From a virus: 64,000 nt of DNA. The notes below the pieces were generated by a model. The model was given only the letters and a program-made list of their open reading frames with translations, was not told the DNA's origin and searched no databases. Both the position numbers and the translations under genes were made by a program. Below, piece by piece: positions 10,298 through 19,924 of the stretch (positions within the stretch are counted from its first letter, which is position 1; the number at the start of each line of letters is the position of its first letter). The DNA is taken from IMG/VR virus record IMGVR_UViG_3300021135_000003; one strand, given 5' to 3'.

Positions 10298-10936
10298 ATG
10301 GCTCATTACGTAAACAATAAAGACTTTCTCGCAGCAATTGTTGAGATGAAAACAAAAGTTAAACATGCTGAAGAGAATGGTTTACCTAAACCAGTTATTA
10401 GTAATTATATCGGTGAGTGTATTTTAAAAATCGCAACTCATTTATCATATAAACCAAACTTCATTGGATATTCATATCGCGATGATATGATTCTTGATGG
10501 GATTGAAAACTGTATTCAGTATATAGATAACTTTGATCCATCTAAATCAAGCAATCCTTTCGCATACTTTACGCAAATTATTTACTACGCATTTTTACGT
10601 AGGATAGCCAAAGAAAAGAAACAGTCTTATATTAAAGGTAAGTTAATTCAGAACATGCCTTTTGAAGCATTTGAATTACAAGATCAAGATGATGGTGGTG
10701 AGTTCCATAACGCATATCTTGAATTTATGCAGCAGAATAATACGTTTGATGATTTTATCGGCAGGAAAAAAGAAAAAGCTGCCAAGAAAAAAATGGAAAA
10801 TACACTTAACGCATTTATAGGTGAAGAACAAAATGTCAATGACGAGCAGAGCAGTGAGGGAATGGATACGGGACTTGTCGGTATCGACTCGATCTTATCC
10901 ACCGATTCGGTCGAGGAAGAAAAACAGAAAGACTAA
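10298..10936 (+). CDS. gp55: late transcription sigma factor
   Basis: HYVNNKDF, YIGECILKIA and NPFAYFTQIIYYAFLRRI.KEKKQ motifs. Confidence 0.97.
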   Translation: MAHYVNNKDFLAAIVEMKTKVKHAEENGLPKPVISNYIGECILKIATHLSYKPNFIGYSYRDDMILDGIENCIQYIDNFDPSKSSNPFAYFTQIIYYAFLRRIAKEKKQSYIKGKLIQNMPFEAFELQDQDDGGEFHNAYLEFMQQNNTFDDFIGRKKEKAAKKKMENTLNAFIGEEQNVNDEQSSEGMDTGLVGIDSILSTDSVEEEKQKD

Positions 10937-12005
10937 AAAAACTATCAGAAAGTTTACTTGGGATGCTTCTGATAATATGTTTTATTTGAATAAGATTATG
11001 AACGAAAATACAAACGAAAAAATATTTTTAGGTGTTAGTGATTTTGATGATATGATTACTTCAGAAATTCTGAAGCGTCGTGTTGAAGCAGGAGAGCGCA
11101 CTATCCATCGCGAAACTAATGTTCTTTGTAATAGAGAACACTGGGCTGAATGGGCTGAAGAAACTTTCAAGAACGACCTTCATGTGCAAGGTAATTCTTC
11201 TAATGGTTTTATTATTGAACGTGATACTAATAACTATATCAAGTTCGATGTTAATAGCAATACAACTACTGTTCGTGCTTATGGTGATGTGCATTTTGCA
11301 GACGCTATTATTGCATTAGTTGAATCTAAATTTGATATTGTTACTTGTCACATCGAATGGGTTTATGGTGGTGATGGTCAATCAGTTAATGTTCCACTTA
11401 ATCGCGATCGTTTACCTTGTGCTGAAATGTATCCTTTCTTAAAAGGAGAAACCCTTGAATCATATTATGATCGTTACATGGAATCTTCTGCGAATATTCT
11501 TTTGTTAATTGGTCCACCTGGAACTGGCAAAACTACATTCATCCGTGGCTTACTTGCTCACACAAACTCCTCAGCTATTGTATCTTATGATGCAGCAATC
11601 TTAGATAAAGATGGTTTCTTTGCTCGTTTTATTGAAGGAGACGAAAGCATTATGGTTCTTGAGGATAGTGACGCATTCCTTAAACCACGCAGTGATGGTA
11701 ATACAATGATGCATCGTTTCCTTAACGTAGGTGATGGTCTTGTTACAACCAAAGGTAAGAAAATGATTTTCTCTACCAACTTACCATCTATCCGTGATAT
11801 CGATTCTGCCTTGACTCGTCCAGGAAGATGTTTTGATATTGTTGAATTCAAACCACTGTCTTTGTTTGATGCTAAAAAACTAGCAGAAAAATTAGATGGT
11901 TCTGTTCCTGAAGTTTCTCCAGGTAAAGTTGTTGAGTTTTCTATCGCTGAAATCTTTAATACACAAACTAATAAGCCAACTGAGCGAAAGGTAGGGTTCA
12001 TTTGA
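10833..12005 (+). CDS. AAA+ ATPase (start uncertain: 10833 or 10998)
   Basis: Walker A GPPGTGKT, Walker B VLEDSD, STN sensor and DSALTRPGR arginine finger. Confidence 0.85.
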   Translation: MSMTSRAVREWIRDLSVSTRSYPPIRSRKKNRKTKKTIRKFTWDASDNMFYLNKIMNENTNEKIFLGVSDFDDMITSEILKRRVEAGERTIHRETNVLCNREHWAEWAEETFKNDLHVQGNSSNGFIIERDTNNYIKFDVNSNTTTVRAYGDVHFADAIIALVESKFDIVTCHIEWVYGGDGQSVNVPLNRDRLPCAEMYPFLKGETLESYYDRYMESSANILLLIGPPGTGKTTFIRGLLAHTNSSAIVSYDAAILDKDGFFARFIEGDESIMVLEDSDAFLKPRSDGNTMMHRFLNVGDGLVTTKGKKMIFSTNLPSIRDIDSALTRPGRCFDIVEFKPLSLFDAKKLAEKLDGSVPEVSPGKVVEFSIAEIFNTQTNKPTERKVGFI

Positions 12006-13057
12006 AAGTAGCAATTATTACTGATCAGCATTTCGGTGCTAGAAATGATAGTGTTGCGTTTTTAGATTTCTTCCAAAAATTCTATGACAATACTTTTTTT
12101 CCTACTCTTGATGCATCTGACATTGACACTGTTCTTATTCTTGGTGATACTTTTGATAGACGCAAGTACGTCAATTTTTATGCTTTGGACAGAGCCAAGA
12201 AAATGTTCTTTGACAAATTGGAAGAACGTGGTATTACTGTTTATATGCTTGCTGGTAATCATGACACCTATTATAAAAATACCAATGAAGTAAATTCTCC
12301 TGATTTGTTATTAAATGAATACAATAACATTGAAGTTATTGCTGAGCCAAAAACTATTAACGTAAATGGCTTTGAGGTTTGTATGTTACCTTGGATCTGT
12401 CCTGAAAACTATCAACAAAGTATTGATGAAATAAAGAACACCACAGCTACGTTATGCATGGGGCATTTGGAGATTGCTGGGTTCGCAATGTATAGAGGAA
12501 TGGAAAGTCATGAAGGATTTTCTGCAGAAATTTTCAACAAATTTGATTTGGTGTTTAGTGGTCATTATCATCATCGTAGTAACGACCGCAATATTTACTA
12601 TTTGGGAAATCCGTACGAACTTACTTGGCAGGATTATAACGATCCCAGAGGATTCCACTTGTTCGACTTCTCTACAAGACAACTCGACTTCATTAAAAAT
12701 CCTTATCGAATGTTCGAAAGACTCGAGTACACCGACAAGGAAACCGACCCGATCGACATTGATCAGTTAGAACTAAAAGAGAAATATGTAAAATTAGTTG
12801 TTTTGGAAAAAACTGATTTTTATAAATTTGACAAATTTATTCAGAAGTTATATAATAAAGGCTGCCACGAAATTAAAATTGTGGAAGACTTTTCTGAATT
12901 TGAAGCAGGTGAAATCAATGAGGAGATTAACTTAGAAGATACAGTTTCTGTTCTTTCTAATTATATTGAATCAATTGAAACTGATGTTGATAAAGAAAAA
13001 GTTAAGTCATATATGCGTGGCTTATATACTGAGGCAATTAACATAGAGGTAGTCTAA
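12002..13057 (+). CDS. gp47: recombination nuclease subunit (Mre11/SbcD-like)
   Basis: DQHFG, GDTFD, GNHD and GHYH phosphoesterase motifs. Confidence 0.97.
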   Translation: MKVAIITDQHFGARNDSVAFLDFFQKFYDNTFFPTLDASDIDTVLILGDTFDRRKYVNFYALDRAKKMFFDKLEERGITVYMLAGNHDTYYKNTNEVNSPDLLLNEYNNIEVIAEPKTINVNGFEVCMLPWICPENYQQSIDEIKNTTATLCMGHLEIAGFAMYRGMESHEGFSAEIFNKFDLVFSGHYHHRSNDRNIYYLGNPYELTWQDYNDPRGFHLFDFSTRQLDFIKNPYRMFERLEYTDKETDPIDIDQLELKEKYVKLVVLEKTDFYKFDKFIQKLYNKGCHEIKIVEDFSEFEAGEINEEINLEDTVSVLSNYIESIETDVDKEKVKSYMRGLYTEAINIEVV

Positions 13058-13359
13058 TGAGTCAATTAGAGATTCAATATTTCTTTCCACTTACGGAACA
13101 GATTGAACTTGATTTAGATTTTTCTCAGTGTTCTCCGCACCAATATTATTATCGTGCTCAAGGTATAGCTGGTCTTCATGGACCAATTCCTGTTGGTATG
13201 CAATACAGAAATGCTGTACTTGTTAGTGATGGTGGAACAGGAGCAACTTGGTCTCAACGTATTGGTGAATGGGAAATTCCCAGTGAAAAAAAACAACCAA
13301 GCAAACTTCAAAAGTTTATGATGAAGTATTTCTTGGGTTGGAAATGGATGGGTAAATGA
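13057..13359 (+). CDS. hypothetical protein inserted between gp47 and gp46
   Basis: 100-aa ORF coupled to both neighbours. Confidence 0.7.
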   Translation: MSQLEIQYFFPLTEQIELDLDFSQCSPHQYYYRAQGIAGLHGPIPVGMQYRNAVLVSDGGTGATWSQRIGEWEIPSEKKQPSKLQKFMMKYFLGWKWMGK

Positions 13360-15068
13360 TTGTATTTAAAAGTGTAAGCTGGAAGAACTTTTTATCAACT
13401 GGCAACTCACCCAATAAAGTATTACTAAACAAATCTCAAACTACTTTAATCATTGGTAAAAATGGTGAGGGTAAAAGCACAATCTTAGATGCTTTGTGTT
13501 TTTCTTTATTTGGTAAACCATTTCGTAATGTTAATAAAGGTCAGTTGGTTAACTCTATTAACAATAAGAATTGTTTAGTTGAGGTTGAGTTTGATATCAA
13601 TGGTAAAGAATATAAAATCATTCGTGGTATAAAACCAAACGTCTTTGAGATTTGGTGTGAGAATGAAATGATTAATCAAGATGCTGCTTCTCGTGATTAT
13701 CAAAAGATCCTTGAGCAACAAATCCTAAGATTAAATTATAAAACTTTTACCCAAGTTGTTATTCTTGGCTCGGCATCTTTCGTTCCATTTATGCAGTTAT
13801 CTTCATCGCAACGTAGGGAAGTTATTGAAGATATTTTAGATATTAGAATTTTCTCTACAATGAACTTGCTATTGAAAGAAAAAGCGCAGGAGACTAAAGA
13901 TGCCATACTACGGACTGAGAGTGAAATTAAAAGCGCAAAAGATAAGGTTGAAAATCAACAAGCGATTATCAAAACGATCACGGAAGCGAAAACTGAAAGT
14001 ATCAACAATATCTTATCAAAGATATCTGCGAACAATGCAGAGATTTTACACACAGAGAGCGAGATCGAACTTATCGTTTCGGAGATCGGTACTCTTAAAG
14101 CAAGCATCAATGATAAGGAAACTGTTACTGATGACATTGAAAAAGCAAAATCCTTTAAAAGTAAGTTGCTCCAAAAGATCGAAACTTGCGAGCATCAGTC
14201 AGAGTTTTTTAACGAGCACGATGTTTGCCCTTCATGTGACCAAGGTATCCCAGAGGAACATAAATCGAAAATTGTCGAGGAACTTAATTCAAAGTTGCTG
14301 GAACAAAATGGAAAAGTTAGCGAACTCGAAACAATCCTATCCAGCCTTAATGAAAAATTATCTGTCATTGCTGAAGTACAATCAAAAATTACCGAAAAAA
14401 ATATTGAGTTATCTACAAGAAACTCAGCAATCACCCTCCTCAACAAACAAATTAAAACGCTACAGGACGAAGCTGAAAGCGCAAAAACTGATACGGCAAA
14501 TATCGATGAGGAGAAGAACAAGTTAAAAGATCTAGCAAAAGATGCGCTAGATAAAATTGCTCAGAAGAATCAACTGCAAGAACATCGCAACATTGAAGAA
14601 GTTGCTAATGTGCTTTTGAAAGATACAGGTATTAAGACTGCTATTATTCGTGAATATCTACCAGCAATGAATAAGTTAATTAACAAGTATCTGAACGCAA
14701 TGGATACTTACATTCACTTTGAACTTGATGAAGCGTTCAACGAAAAGATTAAATCTCGTTTCCGTGATGAGTTTACTTACGCAAGTTTCTCTGAGGGTGA
14801 GAAAATGCGCATTGACCTTGCAATTCTTTTTACTTGGCGCCAAATAGCAAAAATGAAAAACTCAGTTAATACTAACCTACTTCTACTCGATGAAATTTTT
14901 GATTCAAGTTTAGATACAGCAGGTACTGATTATTTCCTAACCCTAATGAATCAGTTTGGTGAAAATTCAAACATCTTTGTTATTAGTCATAAAGGTGATC
15001 AGTTGTTTGATAAATTCAGATCTGTGATTAAATTTGAAAAACGAAACGACTTTTCAATTATCGTGTAG
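13356..15068 (+). CDS. gp46: recombination ATPase subunit (Rad50/SbcC-like)
   Basis: GKNGEGKS, CPSC zinc hook, FSEGEKMRIDL and LLDE motifs. Confidence 0.97.
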   Translation: MIVFKSVSWKNFLSTGNSPNKVLLNKSQTTLIIGKNGEGKSTILDALCFSLFGKPFRNVNKGQLVNSINNKNCLVEVEFDINGKEYKIIRGIKPNVFEIWCENEMINQDAASRDYQKILEQQILRLNYKTFTQVVILGSASFVPFMQLSSSQRREVIEDILDIRIFSTMNLLLKEKAQETKDAILRTESEIKSAKDKVENQQAIIKTITEAKTESINNILSKISANNAEILHTESEIELIVSEIGTLKASINDKETVTDDIEKAKSFKSKLLQKIETCEHQSEFFNEHDVCPSCDQGIPEEHKSKIVEELNSKLLEQNGKVSELETILSSLNEKLSVIAEVQSKITEKNIELSTRNSAITLLNKQIKTLQDEAESAKTDTANIDEEKNKLKDLAKDALDKIAQKNQLQEHRNIEEVANVLLKDTGIKTAIIREYLPAMNKLINKYLNAMDTYIHFELDEAFNEKIKSRFRDEFTYASFSEGEKMRIDLAILFTWRQIAKMKNSVNTNLLLLDEIFDSSLDTAGTDYFLTLMNQFGENSNIFVISHKGDQLFDKFRSVIKFEKRNDFSIIV

Positions 15069-15266
15069 TTGGAATTCCTAAGTCAACTCCTTCCAAAACT
15101 TATCTCTATGGTTTTATCTTGGATAGACCATGGGAATCTCCGCAACCGAGTCTATGAGTTGCAAGATCGGCTTGAAACCCTTGAGATCGCTTTAGAGGAT
15201 ATAGAGCGGATGAATAAAGACCCTAAGATCCATAGGGTTATTCAGAACACTAAAAAACCCTTATAA
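15069..15266 (+). CDS. hypothetical small coiled-coil protein (start uncertain, ATG at 15108)
   Basis: ORF fills the gap after gp46; no clear RBS. Confidence 0.4.
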   Translation: MEFLSQLLPKLISMVLSWIDHGNLRNRVYELQDRLETLEIALEDIERMNKDPKIHRVIQNTKKPL

Positions 15267-15350
15267 ATCAACAACTTACGATTATAGTCAAATTTCGCTT
15301 TACTTTTACAAAAAGATGGCGTATAATAGTTGTATAAATGATGAAAAGGT
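15265..15350 (+). promoter_or_regulatory. early promoter module copy 1 with IHF-consensus box
   Basis: AAATCAACAACTTACG, then TTTACT(15299)-17 bp-TATAAT(15322) followed by AGTTGTATAAAT; shared with the copies at 17.7 and 27.3 kb. Confidence 0.85.
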
Positions 15351-15357
15351 GATAAAT

Positions 15358-15516
15358 ATGTGGAATGAATTTAATGATTTTGAACTAGCCCAGTTGGCTG
15401 GTCAATATGGTCTAGAAGACTCATTAGTTTTCTCAGGTGAACTTTCCTTAGCAAATCGTGCTGAAGTTGAGTCATTGCTGACTTTAGCAGAACACGATAT
15501 GGCGTTTGGAGAATAA
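15358..15516 (+). CDS. small acidic early protein
   Basis: ATG at 15358 with AAGGTG RBS directly downstream of the early promoter. Confidence 0.7.
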   Translation: MWNEFNDFELAQLAGQYGLEDSLVFSGELSLANRAEVESLLTLAEHDMAFGE

Positions 15517-15517
15517 T

Positions 15518-17698
15518 ATGGATATCAAAGCATCAGATCTTTCCGCACGTCTTCTTGCTACTGAAAATCTTTCAGTGCAGCGTGCTAGAACTCGCACTGC
15601 ATCATTCGATGTAAAATCCCGTGTACTAACACTACCTCTTTGGAAAGATATGACTCCCGAGATTGAGGACATGCTTGTTGGTCACGAAGTCGGTCATGCA
15701 TTATATACAACCGATGAGTATTTTGTTCCTATTAAAGATAACTCAAAAATAATGACCTACCTCAACGTACTTGAAGATGTACGTATTGAGAAAATGATCA
15801 AACGTAAATATCCAGGTCTGCGTAAACGTATGAACGAAGGATATAAACAACTCAATGATCGTGACTTCTTTGGCGTTAAACAAGTTCAGAATTTCAATGA
15901 CTTATTGTTGATTGATAAAATTAATCTATACTTTAAAGCAGGATTTTCCTGTGGCGTTACTTTTGACGCTGATGAAAAACCATTCGTCAATCGTGCTGAA
16001 CGTACTGAGACTGTTCAAGAAGTTATCGATTTGGCTGAAGAGATCTGGGGTTACTCTAAACAAAAATTAGAGGAAAAGAAGAAACAGATGCTTGAACAAA
16101 ATCCTGAAGATCTCGAGCCAACTGACGATGAGCCTATGGGCGAGTTCGATGATTCGGATCTTGACTATGATGATTTTGAAGAATCAGAAGATCAAGATGA
16201 TTCTGACTTGAAACCTTCTAGCCAAAAATCTGCTTCAAACGAACAACGTGAAGAAGATAAACCTGATGAAACAACTTCTTCAGTTGGCGATCAAGAACTT
16301 GAGTCAAAGACTGAGAAAGCATTCTCTGAGAAATTAGAAGACCTTGCTGATGAGAGCAATGAATATCTCTATCATGAATTTGATACTGATTATTTTGCTG
16401 ATCCAGTAATCGGTTATAAACAGGTACTCAATGAGACTAAACAATATTGGGTTACTGAAGATAACCTTATTGAATCCGCAAAAATTATTGCTGAAGAAAA
16501 TAGTAAATATGATAAGTTCAAAACCGAGACTACACGTGCTGTAAATTATCTCGTTAAAGAATTTGAGATGCGTAAATCTGCTGCACTATACAAACGTGCT
16601 CAAGTAGCAAAATCAGGTTCTCTAGATATGAAACGTGTTTGGTCATATACCCTCAGCGATGATATCTTCAAACGTGTTACAATCCTTCCTGAAGGCAAAA
16701 ACCATGGTATGGTTTTCTTGCTTGACTGGTCTGGTTCTATGGATGGTGTTCTTGAAGATACTTTGAAACAGGTTATCAATTTGGCTATGTTCTGTGCTAG
16801 AATCAATATTCCATATCGTGTTCTTGCTTTTACTTCTCAGTACAATGATCGTAAATATCCTACTGAAGAAGAACGAATTAAGAATCGTCAGTGGGCTGTT
16901 AATAAAAATGCACGAAATGAAAACAAGAATATCTTGAGCAATGTAAGTAATAATTTTAATCTTCTAGAATTATTCTCCAGCAAAATGAGCACTAGTGAAT
17001 TCCACTCTATGGCAAAACGTGTTTTGAATACACGCAAATTCCAGTGGAACGATGGGTTCTCTACTGGTGGAACTCCACTCAATGAAGCATTGGTTTGGAT
17101 TTACCTAAACATTGACAAATATATCAAACAAAATTCTATTGAGAAAATGACTTTGATTACTTTGACTGATGGCGCTGGTGGACCATTGTATTCTTCTCGT
17201 GGTCTTGAAGATCAGAAATATGAATATGGTTCTGATGGCGTTACGAAGAAAGTTAAACAGAAACACTTTATTCGTGATACTGTTACTCAGAAGACTTATC
17301 AGTTGTCAAGATTTGCTGGTGTTCAAACTGAAACCTACCTGCGTATGATTAAAGATCGCCATAATATTATGATTGTTGGTTTCTATATTTGCGCAAACCG
17401 CAGACGTGATTTGCAGTGCGCATTGAATGATAATTTACCAAATTATAATGGTAATTCTACTTTCCAGATTGATTCTTGGAGGAAAGATTTCCGTGATCAA
17501 GGGTTTGCTTCAATTAAGAATACTGGTCGTGATGATTTGTTTTTGATTCCTCAAAGTTCAACGAAGATTGAAGAGGGTGAGTTAGATGTAAAAGCCGATG
17601 CGAATGCAAAGGTTATTGCAAAGAATTTCAGTAAATTCCTCAACATTAAGAAAACCTCCCGAGTGCTACTCAATAGGTTCGTGGGTTATGTTGCGTAA
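15518..17698 (+). CDS. CobT-like protein: HExxH metallopeptidase-like N-terminus plus VWA domain
   Basis: GHEVGHALY, acidic linker, MIDAS DWSGSM, GGTPL and LTDG motifs. Confidence 0.85.
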   Translation: MDIKASDLSARLLATENLSVQRARTRTASFDVKSRVLTLPLWKDMTPEIEDMLVGHEVGHALYTTDEYFVPIKDNSKIMTYLNVLEDVRIEKMIKRKYPGLRKRMNEGYKQLNDRDFFGVKQVQNFNDLLLIDKINLYFKAGFSCGVTFDADEKPFVNRAERTETVQEVIDLAEEIWGYSKQKLEEKKKQMLEQNPEDLEPTDDEPMGEFDDSDLDYDDFEESEDQDDSDLKPSSQKSASNEQREEDKPDETTSSVGDQELESKTEKAFSEKLEDLADESNEYLYHEFDTDYFADPVIGYKQVLNETKQYWVTEDNLIESAKIIAEENSKYDKFKTETTRAVNYLVKEFEMRKSAALYKRAQVAKSGSLDMKRVWSYTLSDDIFKRVTILPEGKNHGMVFLLDWSGSMDGVLEDTLKQVINLAMFCARINIPYRVLAFTSQYNDRKYPTEEERIKNRQWAVNKNARNENKNILSNVSNNFNLLELFSSKMSTSEFHSMAKRVLNTRKFQWNDGFSTGGTPLNEALVWIYLNIDKYIKQNSIEKMTLITLTDGAGGPLYSSRGLEDQKYEYGSDGVTKKVKQKHFIRDTVTQKTYQLSRFAGVQTETYLRMIKDRHNIMIVGFYICANRRRDLQCALNDNLPNYNGNSTFQIDSWRKDFRDQGFASIKNTGRDDLFLIPQSSTKIEEGELDVKADANAKVIAKNFSKFLNIKKTSRVLLNRFVGYVA

Positions 17699-17800
17699 GT
17701 TATTGATTTAGAAGGGGATTTTAATCCCCTCAAGTTTGTAAGGTTATACAAAATATCGCTTTACTTTAATTGCGAACTGGCGTATAATAGTTGTATAAAT
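17694..17800 (+). promoter_or_regulatory. early promoter module copy 2 (IHF box inverted)
   Basis: CGTAAGTTATTGATTT (reverse IHF box), then TTTACT(17760)-17 bp-TATAAT(17783) and AGTTGTATAAAT. Confidence 0.85.
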
Positions 17801-17834
17801 TGATTGATTATGTTGTTTTTTGAAAGTGAGTTAT

Positions 17835-18998
17835 ATGATGGCTAAGATTGACAGTGCGTTTCAGACCGAGTTTGAGACTAAACTTTTTGAATTATTCCCT
17901 GATGTGAAAACCGAAGGACTTGTGCAAAATGCGCAGTTGCTTGAAACGATGCGTGCTCTTAATACGAAAACCTCACCCAAGTGGTTGATGGTGAATAAAG
18001 TAAGTCGTGGTTTGTATGCGATCGATGGTAGTAAACCTATGGTCGTTGGCAATACTGCTTTGAAACCCCAACCAAAGATTGAATCATTTACAGTGGATTA
18101 TAATAATACATCATCGTTGATTCCTGCGAAGGATCCAAATTTTGTTCCTTTCGGCAACTATGCTGACTTGGAAAATATTATTAAGGCGAAGATTTTCTAT
18201 CCAGCCTATATCAGTGGTCCGACTGGGAATGGCAAGTCAACTATGATTGAGCAGATTTGTGCCAAACATAAGCGTCCATTGATTCGTGTTAACTTGAATA
18301 TGATGACTGATGAGGAACAACTCATCGGTACGAAAACCCTCGAAGACGGTAACGTGCTTATCGTTGAAGGTCCAGTTCTTATCGCTATGCGAACTGGTTG
18401 TACCTTATTGCTTGACGAGATTGACGCAGGCTCAGCAAATACTTTGCTCTGTTTGCAACCTATCCTTGAAGGTAAACCCTATTACTTCAAACTTAAAAAC
18501 GAGATGATCGTTCCTGCTCCTGGATTTAATATTTTCGCTACTGCGAATACTAAGGGTAAGGGTTCAGATGATGGTCGTTACATTGGCACGAACGTCTTGA
18601 ACGAAGCATTCTTGGAACGATTCGCTGTTACGTTTGAACAGGATTATCCTAATGCTAAGATTGAACAAAAGATTATTGAGAATCTGATGGAAACCTACGA
18701 ATGCAAAGACGTAGAGTTCGCAGAGACATTGGTTAAATGGGCTGACGCAATCCGTCGCACGTTTGCTGATGGTGGTGTGGATGAAACTATTACGACTCGT
18801 CGTATGATTCATATTGTTCGTGCGTTTGCAATCTTTAAGAAGCGTGAGAAAGCAGTAGAACTTTGCTGCAATCGATTTGATTCTGCAACAAAGACTGCGT
18901 TCATTGACCTATATGATAAAGTTGCAAATCCTGCACCTGAGGTTCCTGCAACACCTGAAGTTGCTATAACACCTGCAAGTGATGAAGTGCCATTTTAA
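17835..18998 (+). CDS. cobS: MoxR/CobS-like AAA+ ATPase
   Basis: GPTGNGKS, LLLDEID, ATANTKGKGSDDGRYIGTNVLNEAFLERF; adjacent to the VWA partner. Confidence 0.88.
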   Translation: MMAKIDSAFQTEFETKLFELFPDVKTEGLVQNAQLLETMRALNTKTSPKWLMVNKVSRGLYAIDGSKPMVVGNTALKPQPKIESFTVDYNNTSSLIPAKDPNFVPFGNYADLENIIKAKIFYPAYISGPTGNGKSTMIEQICAKHKRPLIRVNLNMMTDEEQLIGTKTLEDGNVLIVEGPVLIAMRTGCTLLLDEIDAGSANTLLCLQPILEGKPYYFKLKNEMIVPAPGFNIFATANTKGKGSDDGRYIGTNVLNEAFLERFAVTFEQDYPNAKIEQKIIENLMETYECKDVEFAETLVKWADAIRRTFADGGVDETITTRRMIHIVRAFAIFKKREKAVELCCNRFDSATKTAFIDLYDKVANPAPEVPATPEVAITPASDEVPF

Positions 18999-19000
18999 AC

Positions 19001-19029
19001 TTGCTTTGCATATTAAATCGTAGTATAAT
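19001..19029 (+). promoter_or_regulatory. sigma70-type promoter
   Basis: TTGCTT-17 bp-TATAAT. Confidence 0.75.
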
Positions 19030-19059
19030 ATTATTTGAAATTGAAAAAGGAAATTGATT

Positions 19060-19509
19060 ATGTTGAAATTCGCTGACCTGAGTATGGCTCAAAAGAAATG
19101 TGTTGTTGCTTTGATTGAAGCCCAACCATCTCTAAAAAAGAATAGCAAGATCTCTTTGAAAGAAGTTGTTGCTATCACCCAAGATTTGGCTAAAAAGCGT
19201 AGTGCTGGTGCGCCAAAGATTGGATATCCTAACTGGTTGTTCAAGAGCAATAAACTTGAGCGTGGTTTGTATCAGTTGCCAGTTCCTACTGAAACTGAAC
19301 TCTCTACTTACGCTAAAGATTTGAACAACAAACCTTCTTCTAAGAAGATTGTAAAGAACAAGAAAGTAGTTAAGGTAGCCAAGACTGCTTCTACTACTGA
19401 TCTTTCTGAGACCACTCGTCTTGAAAAGATTATCAATGATTCTGTTGAAGTTGACCAAGATACGGAAGACTTCAATCAGATCTTACGTGAAAACGGCATT
19501 ACTGTTTAA
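19060..19509 (+). CDS. hypothetical basic protein, possibly DNA-binding
   Basis: Lys-rich ORF with AAGG RBS; the PNWLF...RGLY segment resembles the N-terminus of the upstream AAA protein (PKWLM...RGLY). Confidence 0.75.
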   Translation: MLKFADLSMAQKKCVVALIEAQPSLKKNSKISLKEVVAITQDLAKKRSAGAPKIGYPNWLFKSNKLERGLYQLPVPTETELSTYAKDLNNKPSSKKIVKNKKVVKVAKTASTTDLSETTRLEKIINDSVEVDQDTEDFNQILRENGITV

Positions 19510-19521
19510 TCACGTGTTTGA

Positions 19522-19560
19522 GTCAGAGGGGTCACTGCCATCTCCCCTCTGACCTTTTTT
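19522..19560 (+). terminator. intrinsic terminator-like hairpin with 12-nt loop (possible pseudoknot)
   Basis: GTCAGAGGGG/CCCCTCTGAC 10-bp stem followed by a T-tract. Confidence 0.75.
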
Positions 19561-19600
19561 ATTTTATGATGGTTCGTTAATTATGGAGTTTTCTCTTATT

Positions 19601-19861
19601 ATGTCTAAACAACAAACGCTGTTGAAACACCTCTCAGCTGGTAAAGCATTTACTGCAAAGCAAATCAAAGCATCTTTTGGTATTGCTCACCCAGCTTCCT
19701 CAATCCGTAACCTACGTGAACAAGGTTACTGCGTATACGCAAACCCTGCTGTTGTTAATGGCGCAGAAGTAGTTAAGTATCGCATTGGTAAGCCAACTCG
19801 TGCTATGGTTGCTCTTGCTGCTGCAATCAAAGGTTCATCTGTATTCACTCGTACAGTATAA
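19601..19861 (+). CDS. winged-HTH DNA-binding protein
   Basis: LLKHLSAGKAFTAKQIKASFGIAHPASSIRNLREQGY winged-helix pattern; GGAG RBS. Confidence 0.75.
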   Translation: MSKQQTLLKHLSAGKAFTAKQIKASFGIAHPASSIRNLREQGYCVYANPAVVNGAEVVKYRIGKPTRAMVALAAAIKGSSVFTRTV

Positions 19862-19874
19862 TTAAGTGAGTTAT

Positions 19875-19902
19875 AAATGGATATTCTTCGGAGTATCCAT
19901 TT
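19875..19902 (+). terminator. UUCG hairpin, probable terminator
   Basis: AAATGGATATTC-TTCG-GAGTATCCATTT. Confidence 0.7.
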
Positions 19903-19924
19903 GTCGTTTCATTTGGAGAAATGT

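Noticed and set aside
13900-14526. 208-aa alternate-frame ORF inside gp46
   Set aside because: Fully nested in the coiled-coil region, with no RBS or motif; stop-free frames of this kind arise from codon bias. It cannot be fully excluded.
17835-18998. Cobalamin biosynthesis auxiliary pathway
   Set aside because: Only a MoxR-type AAA and a VWA partner are present; there is no cobN or other cob gene
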